A DNA stretch of 64,000 bases, taken from positions 40,485 to 104,484 of the forward strand of contig JAVJUV010000119.1 of assembly GCA_040220415.1 (NCBI GenBank), in the 5' to 3' direction. Positions 28,453 through 46,358 of the stretch are shown one piece after another. The notes below the pieces were generated by a model. The model did no database searches, had not been told where the DNA came from, and saw only the letters and a list, made by a program, of their open reading frames with translations. Positions within the stretch are counted from its first letter, which is position 1, and each line of letters begins with the position of its first letter. The translations under genes were made by a program, and so were the position numbers. This stretch comes from Silicimonas sp. (GTDB lineage: Bacteria > Pseudomonadota > Alphaproteobacteria > Rhodobacterales > Rhodobacteraceae).

Positions 28453-28953
28453 TCAGTTCCCTGTTTTTTGTTCTTGAAGAAGGTTCATCCAGACCCCGAC
28501 ATTGCCGGGTCCGAAGGAAGAGATCTCAGTGCTCCATCCCGTCGTCGGATCCAGAAGGGACAGACGGCTGTTTTCGTAGAGCGTCAGCGTGACGGGCGGG
28601 TTACCGGAAATCCGGTTCACGATACGCGCGCGTTCCAGACCGTCGTTCACCACCGAAATGAATCCGCCGTTGGTAAGGTCGAGTACCGTCCCACCCGTGG
28701 ATGCATCGGTTACACGGATTCCGTTCCCGTCTGCATCAATTACCAGGCTGCGTTCGGCGACGACCGGTGCCAGTTGCGGCTGGCCGACAAGCGGACGCTC
28801 GGTCAGTACTGCAAAGCCCGTCAGCATGACCGCGGCGATAGCCATCGAGAACATCGCTATGACCAGGCGGCGCGGGATCAGCTCCCTGTCGCGTTTCCGC
28901 ATGACGCGCGCTTCGGCGTCGAAGTAAAGTCCGGTGTCGGTTCTCTGTGTCAT
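28453..28953 (-). CDS. puhC: Photosynthetic complex assembly protein PuhC
   Basis: Single N-terminal TM, GGFI, LSLLDPTTG...SFG; position after puhB; alternative start 28971. Confidence 0.85.
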   Translation of the reverse strand: MTQRTDTGLYFDAEARVMRKRDRELIPRRLVIAMFSMAIAAVMLTGFAVLTERPLVGQPQLAPVVAERSLVIDADGNGIRVTDASTGGTVLDLTNGGFISVVNDGLERARIVNRISGNPPVTLTLYENSRLSLLDPTTGWSTEISSFGPGNVGVWMNLLQEQKTGN

Positions 28954-28967
28954 GACCTGTCCCCCCT

Positions 28968-29606
28968 TCATTCCGCGGCGACAGCGTTGCCGAAGGTGTC
29001 AGCACGCTGGATCGCAGGTTGGGACAAACGGGTTTCGGCCGCTTCCGCCAGGATCGCGGCTACTCTGGCTGCATCCGGTATGCACCGCAGGGCTGGCTGT
29101 GTCTGTTTCATGTACCAGGGGCGCACGTGCGGCCAAAGGATCATGTAGGACAGCTTCACGGGTCCCATCGTCCGCAGCGCGATCGTGCCGGTGCCTGACT
29201 TGCGCAGGTCCAGGTCCGCCGCACCGATTTTCGGAAATGGCAAGTTCAGCGTCAGCGTCAGCGCCGCGCCGATCCGCATCGCCACGCGTTCACTTGTGAT
29301 CGTATAGACGGTTGCCCGCGCCTGAACCCAGGCGATTGCCAGGATGATGGCCGATGCAAGCGCCGCAAGAACAACAAAGGGCAGTGCGGTCATCACGGCC
29401 GGGCCGAATGGCATAACAGCGGTAGATGCGCCAATCCGCCAGATGATCAGGATGGCAAAGTAGGCAAGCACCCAGTTGAGCGAGAGCGCCTCGCGGGCAA
29501 GCGGCAACACAAGCGGCCGACCCTGCCACAATATTACTTCTCCCGGAGGAAGTGTCTCGGGCAGACCCTTCACCGGCTCCACGGTCACGTCGTCATCATG
29601 TGGCAT
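28968..29606 (-). CDS. puhB: Photosynthetic complex assembly protein PuhB
   Basis: EPVKGLPETLPPGEVILWQGRP, YTITSERVAMRIG, LWPHVRPW. Confidence 0.93.
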   Translation of the reverse strand: MPHDDDVTVEPVKGLPETLPPGEVILWQGRPLVLPLAREALSLNWVLAYFAILIIWRIGASTAVMPFGPAVMTALPFVVLAALASAIILAIAWVQARATVYTITSERVAMRIGAALTLTLNLPFPKIGAADLDLRKSGTGTIALRTMGPVKLSYMILWPHVRPWYMKQTQPALRCIPDAARVAAILAEAAETRLSQPAIQRADTFGNAVAAE

Positions 29607-29637
29607 GGCAGCGCCTTTCTTCGTTCCCTTTTTTCTC

Positions 29638-29663
29638 TGGCGCGCCGGTCAAGCGGCGCGCCA
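29638..29663 (-). other. Stem-loop downstream of puhA (likely mRNA-stabilising)
   Basis: TGGCGCGCCG-N6-CGGCGCGCCA, 10-bp stem, followed by a purine run rather than a U-tract on the coding strand. Confidence 0.6.
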
Positions 29664-29675
29664 CATCTTCATGGC

Positions 29676-30428
29676 TTACGAGTAGAGAGTGCCGCCGGTG
29701 TACCAGGCGGAGATTTTCTCTTCCTCGAGCTTTGTGATCTGCCCTGCGGTGCGAACCTGGGGCACGCCGTCGAAGCGGCTGGAATGCAGCGAGGCGACCA
29801 TGATCCAGCGTGGCTGCACGCGGACCAGAGTCATCGGAACAAGTCGCTTCCCCGAGCCGTGCTCGGGCTCGAGTTCGATCTCGAGATAGCGCACTTCCTG
29901 TTCGGCTTCGTCGATCCACATGTCGGTGCAATGGGCGACGACCTGGTCGTCCTTCGAGAGAACCGGCATGCCGCGCGGGTCGCGACCGGCCGAGATGAAG
30001 AAGTTGTCGTTGCTCGCCATCGGGCCGATCTTTGGATGCCCGTGGGCGTTCATCTCGGGCACATCCTGACGCGGTGTCCAGGACGCCGGGCCGACGCCAT
30101 CGATCATCGGGTCGCCGGTCGGAACCTGCGGGAAGCCCTCACCGACCTCCACCTTCTCCAGCGCGAGATTATCGCGGCGATGCTCGGCCTCGTTCTCCGC
30201 CGAGGGAACGGTCACTTCGCGTCCATCCGGGGTCTTGAAGGTCTTTGGCTTGGGAAGCGGAAATGGACCCTGGTTGGGCGATTGCGATCCGTCTTCCATC
30301 TCAAGCGGATAACCTTCACGCATGTTCTCGGTCTGCAGATAGTAAACCAGCGCAGCGAAGAAGAGCCAGAAGCCCCAGATGGCGAGGCTCGCCAGATCGA
30401 AGTTTCCGAAAAATGTGACACCGACCAT
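29676..30428 (-). CDS. puhA: Photosynthetic reaction centre H subunit
   Basis: FGNFDLASLAIW, YLQTENMREGYPL, PTGDPMIDGVGPAS, ITKLEEEKISAWY. Confidence 0.97.
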   Translation of the reverse strand: MVGVTFFGNFDLASLAIWGFWLFFAALVYYLQTENMREGYPLEMEDGSQSPNQGPFPLPKPKTFKTPDGREVTVPSAENEAEHRRDNLALEKVEVGEGFPQVPTGDPMIDGVGPASWTPRQDVPEMNAHGHPKIGPMASNDNFFISAGRDPRGMPVLSKDDQVVAHCTDMWIDEAEQEVRYLEIELEPEHGSGKRLVPMTLVRVQPRWIMVASLHSSRFDGVPQVRTAGQITKLEEEKISAWYTGGTLYS

Positions 30429-30446
30429 GTGTGTGTCCTCCGTGGG

Positions 30447-31889
30447 TTAGGTTGGAAAATCGGCAAGTCCGATCCTGCCGGTTCCCTGGTTGATCTGTTG
30501 CGGTTTCTGGAAAGCGAGACGCACGAGCGGACCCAGAACGATAAGGGTCGCAAACAGAAGCGCGATCTCGGTGTGATAAACGACGGAATAGCCCGTGCCG
30601 GGCGTGTTGAGAGTTTCGCCCAGGGCGCCGGACGCGGCCAGCGCACCCACACCGTCACGTATGGTGCCGCCAAGTGCGATGGCGACACCTGCTGCGGTTG
30701 CCTGCGCCGCGCCCCAGGCGCCAAGGGCAAGACCCTGGCCGGCCTTTTGTCCCATGGGCAACGTCATGGCTGCGGTAAGCGTGGCAACGGCGAACAACCC
30801 GCCGCCCAACCCGATGCCGAAGGCACCGGCATAGAACAGTGGCGGCGAATTCATCGGATCGGCGAAGATCACCGCCGAAAAGGCCGCAAGACCGATAAGG
30901 ATGCCGCGGACGCACATCCGGTAGGGGCTGAAGTCCTGCTTCAGCCAGCGTGCCGCCAAGGCGAAACCGATCAAGGCACCAGATGCCCAGAGCGCGGTCA
31001 GCAGAGTGGTCGCCGATACGGACAGCCCCAGGATTTCGCCGCCGTATGGCTCCAGCAGAACATCCTGCATGTTGAACGCCATGGTTCCCAGGAAGACCAC
31101 GACCAACAGCCGTCCTGCGTCGCCGCCGGACGTGAAGTCGGCCCAGGCATCGGCGAATTTCGGTCGTGGCGCGGCCCGTTCCTCGCGTGTCATCGGCCGG
31201 ACACTCTCCTGTTTCCAGAGAGCGACCAGGTTCAGCAGAAGGGTCACGACAGCGGTGCCCTGAACCACCTGGATCAGCCGCAGATGCGAGAAATCGCGCA
31301 GGAGCCAGCCGACGATGATCGCCGAGATGCCCATGCCGATCAGGAACATGACGTAGAGCAGGGCCACGACTCGCGGACGGGTCTCCTCGGTAGCGCGGTC
31401 AGAGGCCAATGCCAGCCCGGCCGTCTGGGTCATATGAAGACCAAGACCGGTCAGCAGGAACGCCAGGCCCGCTCCCAGTTCCCCGGCCCATCCAGGGCCA
31501 AGCGTCTGGGTTCCGCCAAGTATGATCAGCGCGAAGGGCATGATGGCGAGGCCGCCGAACTGCCAAAGGGATCCGAACCAGAGGTAAGGCACACGCTTCC
31601 ATCCGATGGCACTTCTGTGCGTGTCCGACCGGAATCCCAGAAGCGCCCGGAAAGGAGCGACGAGGACTGGCAAAGCGATCATCGTGGCGACGATCATGGC
31701 CGGCACGCCCAGCTCGACGATCATCACGCGATTGAGGGTGCCAAGCAGCATCACCGTCGCCATGCCAACTGATATCTGGAACAGCGACAGCCGTAGAAGC
31801 TGGCCCAACGGCAAGTGCTCGGACGCCGCATCCGCAAATGGCAGGAAGCGGGTGCCGAGACGCTTGACGATGGACCGCGTCAGTATCAT
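30447..31889 (-). CDS. lhaA: LH1 assembly factor LhaA (PucC/BCD family MFS)
   Basis: LPFADAAS, LRLSLFQ, GTLNRVMIVEL, QDVLLEPYGG; between bchM and puhA. Confidence 0.92.
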   Translation of the reverse strand: MILTRSIVKRLGTRFLPFADAASEHLPLGQLLRLSLFQISVGMATVMLLGTLNRVMIVELGVPAMIVATMIALPVLVAPFRALLGFRSDTHRSAIGWKRVPYLWFGSLWQFGGLAIMPFALIILGGTQTLGPGWAGELGAGLAFLLTGLGLHMTQTAGLALASDRATEETRPRVVALLYVMFLIGMGISAIIVGWLLRDFSHLRLIQVVQGTAVVTLLLNLVALWKQESVRPMTREERAAPRPKFADAWADFTSGGDAGRLLVVVFLGTMAFNMQDVLLEPYGGEILGLSVSATTLLTALWASGALIGFALAARWLKQDFSPYRMCVRGILIGLAAFSAVIFADPMNSPPLFYAGAFGIGLGGGLFAVATLTAAMTLPMGQKAGQGLALGAWGAAQATAAGVAIALGGTIRDGVGALAASGALGETLNTPGTGYSVVYHTEIALLFATLIVLGPLVRLAFQKPQQINQGTGRIGLADFPT

Positions 31890-32568
31890 CCGCGCGCCTC
31901 CAGGGCCTGAGAAATGTAGAAACCGCGTGAGATCCGTGCGTGCTCCACAAGCTCGGTTGCAAAGCCGCAGTTGCTCAACGCTTTCTGGATGGTACTTGCG
32001 CGATGAGGTTGGATCGCCGGAGACCGGTCGCCCCGCGGAAACGCCTTGCCCGCCCACCACATTGCAACGAGCAGCGAGGTTCTCGGAGCGACGGTGAAAG
32101 CAAGCGAACCGGTCGATAGACGCGCAGTCAGCCCCCCCAAAGCACGGGCGATATCGTCCGCGCTGTAGTGGATAAGGCTGTCCATCGCGACGGCAGCGTC
32201 AAAACTGCCAAGCGACGGGTCCAGCATGTCGCCGGCACGGTAGGTGATACGCCCGGCAAGATGATCGGGCGTGCGGCGGCGGGCAACGTCGAGGAGGGAC
32301 GGCGAAATGTCTATGGCAGTGACGTAGGCGCCGCGCTCGGCCAATTCCATCGCCATCTGCCCGGCACCGCATCCCGCGTCCAGCACGCGCGCGCCGGTCA
32401 GGTCGGAAGGCAGGATTGACAAAAGCTCTGCCCGCATGGCGTCCCGGCCTTCGCGTACGGTTTGGCGGATACGGCTGACGGGCGCGTCAGAGGTCAGCGC
32501 TTCCCACGTCCGCGAAGCCGTCCGGTCAAAGTACGTCTCAAGCCGTTCCCGGGTGGCTTCGTACGTCA

Positions 32569-32569
<1 letters not shown>
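31886..32569 (-). CDS. bchM: Mg-protoporphyrin IX methyltransferase
   Basis: YFDRTA, VLDAGCGAG SAM motif, MDSLIHY, GFYISQA. Confidence 0.96.
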
Positions 32570-40359
<7,790 letters not shown>

Positions 40360-40413
40360 CCGTCGCCTCCCTCGGGCTTGTGTAAGGCAAGCGTATCCAC
40401 GACTTCGCAAAAG

Positions 40414-40456
40414 TGTCAATCTTAACTTACACTCGAAATGTACGAATCTTGTGACA
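40414..40456. promoter_or_regulatory. Tandem PpsR boxes upstream of bchF
   Basis: TGT-N12-ACA at 40414-40431 and 40439-40456, 7 bp apart. Confidence 0.88.
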
Positions 40457-40547
40457 GACAAGCGTGCCTGACACCGTCGATTTGACCATGAATTGTTGAC
40501 CCAAGTGAATGTTTCCAGATTTTCGGCGGCACTAATCTGATTCGAGA

Positions 40548-40565
40548 TGTCAATTCGCTTTGACA
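40548..40565. promoter_or_regulatory. PpsR box upstream of ppaA
   Basis: TGTCAATTCGCTTTGACA = TGT-N12-ACA. Confidence 0.8.
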
Positions 40566-40660
40566 TTTCGTCTCAACAGCGCGACACTTCTTTAGCGAGT
40601 TTTTTTGAGAGTCGTTGCCATCACGGCGGCGCTATTCTGGCAGCTTGCAAGGACAGGCCA

Positions 40661-41458
40661 ATGACAGACGGCCCAGAACCGCAGCGCAGCGTGTCGAGGC
40701 TCGCTTCCGATCAGTCGGTCGAAAGCCTCGCCAACCAGGCGCTCAATCTTTTGGCAAAGAAGCGCTTTGCCAAGCCGAGAGTGCTTTCCAAGGACTTTCT
40801 GAACCGCCTCAGATTTGCCGCAGTCGATCGCGACTCGGATTTGCGGTTTCAAGTCGTCTCTGAGATGCGGGCGGGCGGCATTCCGCCCGAGGACATCGCC
40901 GACCTCTATATACCGGAAATCGCCAGGCAGCTTGGCGCGCAGTGGTGCGAAGACGGTCTGGGATTCGCCGATGTGACGATCGGAACCGCGCGGCTGCAAT
41001 CATTACTGCGCGAGATATCCACCAGGTTCCATTACCCCACCGACAAACGGAACGAATCCGGTATCGCGGTGGTGGTTCTGGCCGACGAGTATCACACGCT
41101 TGGCGCCATGGTGCTGACGTCGCAACTGCGGCGTCTGGGCATATCGGTCCGGCTTCTTCTGGGCGTTTCTCAATCGGACGCATTGCGTGAGTTGCAGCAG
41201 GATCGGTATGATGCCGTGATGATTTCCGCATCGCATATCGAAGGTCTTGATAAACTCGCAAAATTTGTCGAAAAAATAAGAAAACAGACAAGAAGGAACA
41301 CGCCGATCGTCATTGGGGGCCCAATTCTCGGGAGTTCAGCCGACGTCAAGGCGATAACGGGTGCGGATGTCGCTACTGCCGACGTTTATGAGGCTATCAG
41401 GGAATGTCGGCTAAGAACATTCCACGCCGGCGTGCCCGCAAATCCGAAGGGAACGTAG
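40661..41458 (+). CDS. ppaA: Cobalamin-binding antirepressor PpaA/AerR
   Basis: YIPEIARQLGAQWCED, EYHTLG B12-binding motif, IVIGG; directly upstream of ppsR. Confidence 0.9.
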   Translation: MTDGPEPQRSVSRLASDQSVESLANQALNLLAKKRFAKPRVLSKDFLNRLRFAAVDRDSDLRFQVVSEMRAGGIPPEDIADLYIPEIARQLGAQWCEDGLGFADVTIGTARLQSLLREISTRFHYPTDKRNESGIAVVVLADEYHTLGAMVLTSQLRRLGISVRLLLGVSQSDALRELQQDRYDAVMISASHIEGLDKLAKFVEKIRKQTRRNTPIVIGGPILGSSADVKAITGADVATADVYEAIRECRLRTFHAGVPANPKGT

Positions 41459-41496
41459 GCGATGCGTTCCCCGATGTACAAAGCAAAGGTTGGTCA

Positions 41497-42906
41497 GTGA
41501 CGTCTCGCGGCACAAAATATTGGAATAGCGGATCGATTCCGTTGATCGCTCCGGATGTCCTTGGGGATATCATTTCCAAAGCTTCGGATATTGCGATCGT
41601 GATATCCGAGACCGGCCGGGTCATGAGCGTTCTGGTCAACCCCGATCACCCTTCCTTCGGCTCCCTTGACAACTGGGAAGGCCGTGATGTCCGCGAAGTT
41701 CTTACCGTCGAGAGCATTCCGAAAATTGAGGCGCAACTCAAGCGCTTCATGGAAGAGGGCCCCGCAGGACACGCCATCGAACTGAACCATAGCGGCGATG
41801 TCGATCTCGAGTTTCCGATCCGGTATTCCTTCCATGCGATCGGTCCGGACGGCGTGATCCTGATGCTGGGGCGGGATCTGCGTCCGATTGCCGAGATGCA
41901 GCAGCATCTGGTCAAGGCGCAAATGGCGCTCGAGAACGACTACGAGGTCCAGCGCGAGTATCACACACGGCTTCGTGTCGTCATGGAAGCCGCGCGCGAT
42001 GCCTTCGTTTTCGTCAACCAATCGACGGGACGGATCATCGACATAAACTCCACCGCGGCCGGCTATCTCGGGGCATCGACCGAGGATCTTCAGGGTTCGA
42101 TCCTCGCCCATGAGCTTGACGGTCGCCGAAGGGGCGATCCGCTGGCAAGCTTTTCGTCGCAGGCCCTGGCCGATTCAAGTCAGCCGGTCGAGGTTACCGC
42201 AAGACGCTCCAAGCGCATGTTGCGCGTCACATCCACCGCTTTTCGCGCCGGCGGCGAACGCATGTTGCTGTGCCGACTTTCGACTGAAGAAGATGCCGGA
42301 TCGGAAGACGAACTGGCAGACAACCTCTCCGCCTTCTACCAGGAAGGCGTGGAAGCCATCGTCTTCGCCGACGAGAACGGGCTGATTCAATCAGCGAACG
42401 AGAGCTTCCTCGGATTCGTGGATGCATCTCATCTGACCCGACTGAAGAGCCGGTCGTTCGGCGATTTCCTGGCGCGCGGAGCAGTCGACCTGAAAGTCTT
42501 GATCGAAAACGCGCGCCGCGTGGGTCAGATGCGGATCTATGCGACGAAACTCATTTCCGAATACGGAAGCCAGCTACCGGTGGAGATCTCGGCCACCTGG
42601 TTGAATGACCGGGCACATCCCTCTGTCGTTTTCGTCATTCGCGATGCCAGCAGGGCGGAGGCTGTCCGCAAGTCCGGGCCGGCGATGTCCGAAGAGGGCG
42701 TCGCGAGTGTGATGGAGCTTGTCGGTTCAGCCTCACTCAAGGAAATCGTTTCGAACACGACTGACGTGGTCGAGAAGATGTGTATTGAAACCGCGGTCGA
42801 GTTGACCCGGAACAACCGCGTCGCTGCCGCCGAGATGTTGGGCCTGAGCAGACAGAGCCTCTACGTCAAACTCAGAAAGTACGGTCTTCTGAATAAAGAA
42901 GACTGA
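41497..42906 (+). CDS. ppsR: Transcriptional repressor PpsR/CrtJ
   Basis: GTG start, WNSGSIPLIAP, PAS domains, EKMCIE redox Cys, NNRVAAAEMLGLSRQSLYVKL HTH. Confidence 0.96.
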   Translation: MTSRGTKYWNSGSIPLIAPDVLGDIISKASDIAIVISETGRVMSVLVNPDHPSFGSLDNWEGRDVREVLTVESIPKIEAQLKRFMEEGPAGHAIELNHSGDVDLEFPIRYSFHAIGPDGVILMLGRDLRPIAEMQQHLVKAQMALENDYEVQREYHTRLRVVMEAARDAFVFVNQSTGRIIDINSTAAGYLGASTEDLQGSILAHELDGRRRGDPLASFSSQALADSSQPVEVTARRSKRMLRVTSTAFRAGGERMLLCRLSTEEDAGSEDELADNLSAFYQEGVEAIVFADENGLIQSANESFLGFVDASHLTRLKSRSFGDFLARGAVDLKVLIENARRVGQMRIYATKLISEYGSQLPVEISATWLNDRAHPSVVFVIRDASRAEAVRKSGPAMSEEGVASVMELVGSASLKEIVSNTTDVVEKMCIETAVELTRNNRVAAAEMLGLSRQSLYVKLRKYGLLNKED

Positions 42907-42934
42907 GGCTTTCGGCGCGTACCGCAGACTCTCC

Positions 42935-42993
42935 TTGCCAGACGCGCGACTGTAGTGTGTAATTTACACTATGACTGTAAGCGAAAATTTACA
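42935..42993 (+). promoter_or_regulatory. bchG promoter with tandem PpsR boxes
   Basis: TTGCCA-17-TGTAAT; TGT-N12-ACA at 42951-42968 and 42976-42993. Confidence 0.8.
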
Positions 42994-43894
42994 CTCTCAT
43001 GACACCGCGGCTCGTCGCTGGCCTGAAGCCAGGGGTTTGCTGGAGCTTTTGAAGCCCATCACATGGTTTCCGCCGATGTGGGCCTACCTGTGCGGCATCG
43101 TTTCGGCGGGTGTCTGGCCGGGTCACGAATGGGGGCTCGTCTTGCTCGGCGTGGTCCTTGCCGGACCCCTGGTCTGCGGGATGAGTCAGGCCGCGAATGA
43201 TTGGTGCGACAGGCATGTCGATGCCATCAACGAACCGAACCGACCGATTCCATCGGGCCGCGTTCCGGCACCTTGGGCACTGGCGGTCGCCATCGCAATG
43301 TCTGTGCTGGCCCTGTTCGTCGGCCGTTTGCTCGGACCCTGGGGGTTCGGGGCAACCGTGGTGGCGGTTCTGGCGGCCTGGGCATACTCCCTGCCGCCGA
43401 TCCGGCTGAAGCGCTCGGGCTGGTGGGGGCCGGGTCTGGTGGGATTGTCCTACGAAACGCTGCCCTGGTTTACTGGCGCCGCTGTCCTTAGTCTCGGAGC
43501 GCCGTCCTTCCCCGTGATGGTTGTTGCCGTTCTTTACGGCATCGGGGCGCACGGGATCATGACACTCAATGATTTCAAGGCGCTTGAAGGTGACAGAGCG
43601 ACAGGGGTGAGGTCGCTACCGGTCGTTGTCGGCCCCGAAGTGGCCGCCAAGATCGCCTGCACGGTGATGGCCTTGCCGCAGATGCTGGTCATTGTCATGC
43701 TCTTCATCTGGGGTCGTCCTGTCTTTGCGCTGGCTGTGACAGTCGCGCTCATTCTGCAGTTCGCAGCAATGCGCGTTCTGTTCCGCGACCCGAAAGCCAA
43801 GGCGCCCTGGTACAATGCCACCGGCGTCTCGCTTTACGTCGTCGGCATGATGGTCACGGCCTTCGCGATCCGCACGCTCGAGATTGCGCCATGA
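42971..43894 (+). CDS. bchG: Bacteriochlorophyll synthase
   Basis: LKPITWFPPMWA, NDWCDRHVDAINEP, LNDFKALEGD. Confidence 0.97.
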   Translation: MTVSENLHSHDTAARRWPEARGLLELLKPITWFPPMWAYLCGIVSAGVWPGHEWGLVLLGVVLAGPLVCGMSQAANDWCDRHVDAINEPNRPIPSGRVPAPWALAVAIAMSVLALFVGRLLGPWGFGATVVAVLAAWAYSLPPIRLKRSGWWGPGLVGLSYETLPWFTGAAVLSLGAPSFPVMVVAVLYGIGAHGIMTLNDFKALEGDRATGVRSLPVVVGPEVAAKIACTVMALPQMLVIVMLFIWGRPVFALAVTVALILQFAAMRVLFRDPKAKAPWYNATGVSLYVVGMMVTAFAIRTLEIAP

Positions 43895-45174
43895 CGCTGG
43901 GCTGGATCTCGATCTTTCGGCTTGGACTTGTTCAGATGGGCCTCGGCGCGATCGTCGTTCTGACAACCTCGACGTTGAACAGGCTGATGGTCGTTGAGCT
44001 GGCCTTGCCCGCCGTTCTGCCCGGGATGTTGGTCGCTTTGCACTACGGCATCCAGATTACCCGCCCCAATTGGGGATTCCTGTCCGATCAGGGCGGTCAC
44101 AGAACGCGGTGGATCATTGGCGGCATGGTTCTGCTTGCGGCGGGTGCAATGTTGGCATCCGCGGCCATTCCACTCTTCGAGAACGGGTTCTGGTGGGGGC
44201 TGATCCCCAGCATCCTGGCATATGCGCTGATCGGTCTTGGGGCGGGTGCGTCGGGCACATCTCTGCTGGCATTGCTTGCGACATCGACCGCACCGCACCG
44301 CCGCCCGGCAGCTGCCACGATCACCTGGCTGATGATGATCTTCGGTATCGCGGTCACCGCGGCCTCGGTCGGCGCTTTTCTCGATCCGTACTCGCATGCA
44401 CTCCTTCTCAGAATTGTGGCCATCGTCACCCTTGGCGCGATCCTCATGTCCGTCTTGGCAGTCTGGGGCATCGAACACGGGGTCGAGGCCAGGCCCGAAA
44501 CGGTTCCGATGCCGTTTCGCGAAGGGCTGGCCGAGATCTGGGGCGAACCCAAGGCCAGGCAGTTCACGATCTTCGTTTTCCTGAGCATGAGCGCCTATTT
44601 CATGCAGGAACTGATCCTGGAACCATATGCCGGCCTTGTCTTCGCTTTCACGCCCGGTCAATCCACCTCCCTCTCGGGTGCTCAAAATGGCGGCGTCTTC
44701 GTCGGAATGCTTGTCGTCGGCATCGCTGCCACGGGATTTGGCCTTGGATCGCTGCGCAGTTGGGTGATTGCCGGCTGCCTGGGCTCGGCCAGCGCGCTTA
44801 CCATCATCTCGCTCATAGGTCAGTTGTCTCTCACCGGGCTGGTCCCCGCCGTGATGCTGCTGGGTTTGTTCAATGGCATGTTTGCGGTTGCCGCAATCGG
44901 CTCGATGATGGCGCTTGCCGGCGAAGGGCGCGAGGCGCGTGAAGGCACGCGCATGGGTCTTTGGGGCGCAGCCCAGGCAATCGCCGCCGGATTTGGCGGA
45001 TTGCTGGGCGCGGCGGCGGTGGACCTGTTGCGTCAAACGATGGCCACACCGCAGGCCTTCGCTTCGGTATTCATTGTCGAAGCGGCCCTGTTCGTAGCGG
45101 CTGCCTTCATGGCGTCGAGAATCATTTCCAACAATGCGTTCCAAGCCGGGCGCGCAATCATGCCGGGAGAATAG
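43891..45174 (+). CDS. pucC: BCD/PucC-family MFS transporter
   Basis: RLGLVQ, STLNRLMVVEL, QELILEPYAG, GTRMGLWGAAQA; between bchG and bchP. Confidence 0.85.
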   Translation: MTLGWISIFRLGLVQMGLGAIVVLTTSTLNRLMVVELALPAVLPGMLVALHYGIQITRPNWGFLSDQGGHRTRWIIGGMVLLAAGAMLASAAIPLFENGFWWGLIPSILAYALIGLGAGASGTSLLALLATSTAPHRRPAAATITWLMMIFGIAVTAASVGAFLDPYSHALLLRIVAIVTLGAILMSVLAVWGIEHGVEARPETVPMPFREGLAEIWGEPKARQFTIFVFLSMSAYFMQELILEPYAGLVFAFTPGQSTSLSGAQNGGVFVGMLVVGIAATGFGLGSLRSWVIAGCLGSASALTIISLIGQLSLTGLVPAVMLLGLFNGMFAVAAIGSMMALAGEGREAREGTRMGLWGAAQAIAAGFGGLLGAAAVDLLRQTMATPQAFASVFIVEAALFVAAAFMASRIISNNAFQAGRAIMPGE

Positions 45175-45176
45175 AC

Positions 45177-46358
45177 ATGCGCTACGATGTTGTTGTCGTG
45201 GGAGGTGGGCCGGCCGGAACGATTGCGGCGGAAGACCTTGCAAAGGCCGGGCACAAGGTTGCCTTTCTTGATCGGGCAGGACGGATCAAACCCTGCGGCG
45301 GCGCAATCCCACCAAGGTTGATCGCCGATTTCGAGATCCCCGACAGCCAGATCGTGGCACGCATCAATACCGCACGCATGATTTCGCCAACCCAGCGCAG
45401 GGTCGATATTCCGATCGAGGGTGGGTTCGTCGGGATGGTCGACCGCGAGCATTTCGACGAGTTCCTGCGCAAAAGAGCCACCGAGGCGGGGGCGGATCGC
45501 TTCACCGGAACCTTTCTGCGGATCGAGCGCAGCGAATCCGGACCTTCCGTCGTGTATCGCGACAAGGCGACCCGCGAAGAGACGCGGCTTCAGACTCGGC
45601 TGATCATCGGCGCAGATGGCGCCCGGTCCGATGTCGCACGCGCCGAAGTGCCCGGTGGTGACAAGATTCCCTACGTGATCGCCTACCACGAGATCATCAA
45701 GGCGCCAGGCAAGGTCGGCAACTATGATCCGCTGAGATGCGACGTAATCTACGACGGCGCGATATCTCCGGACTTTTACGGCTGGGTCTTTCCGCATGGC
45801 GCCAGTGCAAGTGTCGGGATGGGAACAGGCGTTGACGGCGTCGATCTGAAGAAAGCTACATCCGATCTCCGTATCGCCAGCGGCCTTGCAGATTGCGAGA
45901 CGATCCGTCGCGAAGGTGCGCCAATTCCCCTTCAGCCTTTGGACCGTTGGGACAACGGTCGCGATGTGGTCCTGGCCGGCGATGCGGCGGGTGTCGTGGC
46001 GCCCTCGTCTGGTGAAGGCATCTACTACGCGATGGCCGGTGGCCGGGTCGCTGCGACCGCAGCCCAGGCGGCTTTGGCGTCAGGGCGGGCAAGGGACCTG
46101 CAATTGGCACGCAAACTATTCATGAAAGAACACAAGACAGTGTTCCGCGCTTTGCGCGCCATGCAGGATGCCTATTACAAGTCCGACGAACGAAGGGAGC
46201 GGTTCGTCTCGTTGTGTCATGATGTAGACGTGCAAAGACTCACCTTCGAGGCTTATATGAACAAGAAGCTGGTCAAGAAGCGCCCTTTGGCGCACCTCAA
46301 GATCGGCATCAAGAATATCGCGCACCTGGCAAGGCTGGTTCCGGAGACCTATGCATGA
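45177..46358 (+). CDS. bchP: Geranylgeranyl reductase
   Basis: VGGGPAG, KPCGGAIP, YGWVFP, GDAAG, GEGIYYA. Confidence 0.97.
   Translation: MRYDVVVVGGGPAGTIAAEDLAKAGHKVAFLDRAGRIKPCGGAIPPRLIADFEIPDSQIVARINTARMISPTQRRVDIPIEGGFVGMVDREHFDEFLRKRATEAGADRFTGTFLRIERSESGPSVVYRDKATREETRLQTRLIIGADGARSDVARAEVPGGDKIPYVIAYHEIIKAPGKVGNYDPLRCDVIYDGAISPDFYGWVFPHGASASVGMGTGVDGVDLKKATSDLRIASGLADCETIRREGAPIPLQPLDRWDNGRDVVLAGDAAGVVAPSSGEGIYYAMAGGRVAATAAQAALASGRARDLQLARKLFMKEHKTVFRALRAMQDAYYKSDERRERFVSLCHDVDVQRLTFEAYMNKKLVKKRPLAHLKIGIKNIAHLARLVPETYA

Noticed and set aside
40496-40509. TTGAC-N4-GTGAA, FnrL-like site between bchF and ppaA
   Set aside because: Too many mismatches to TTGAT-N4-ATCAA to support
40569-40586. 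CGT-N12-ACA near-match PpsR box
   Set aside because: Mismatch in the TGT and only 3 bp from the neighbouring box, unlike the 7-8 bp of the other pairs
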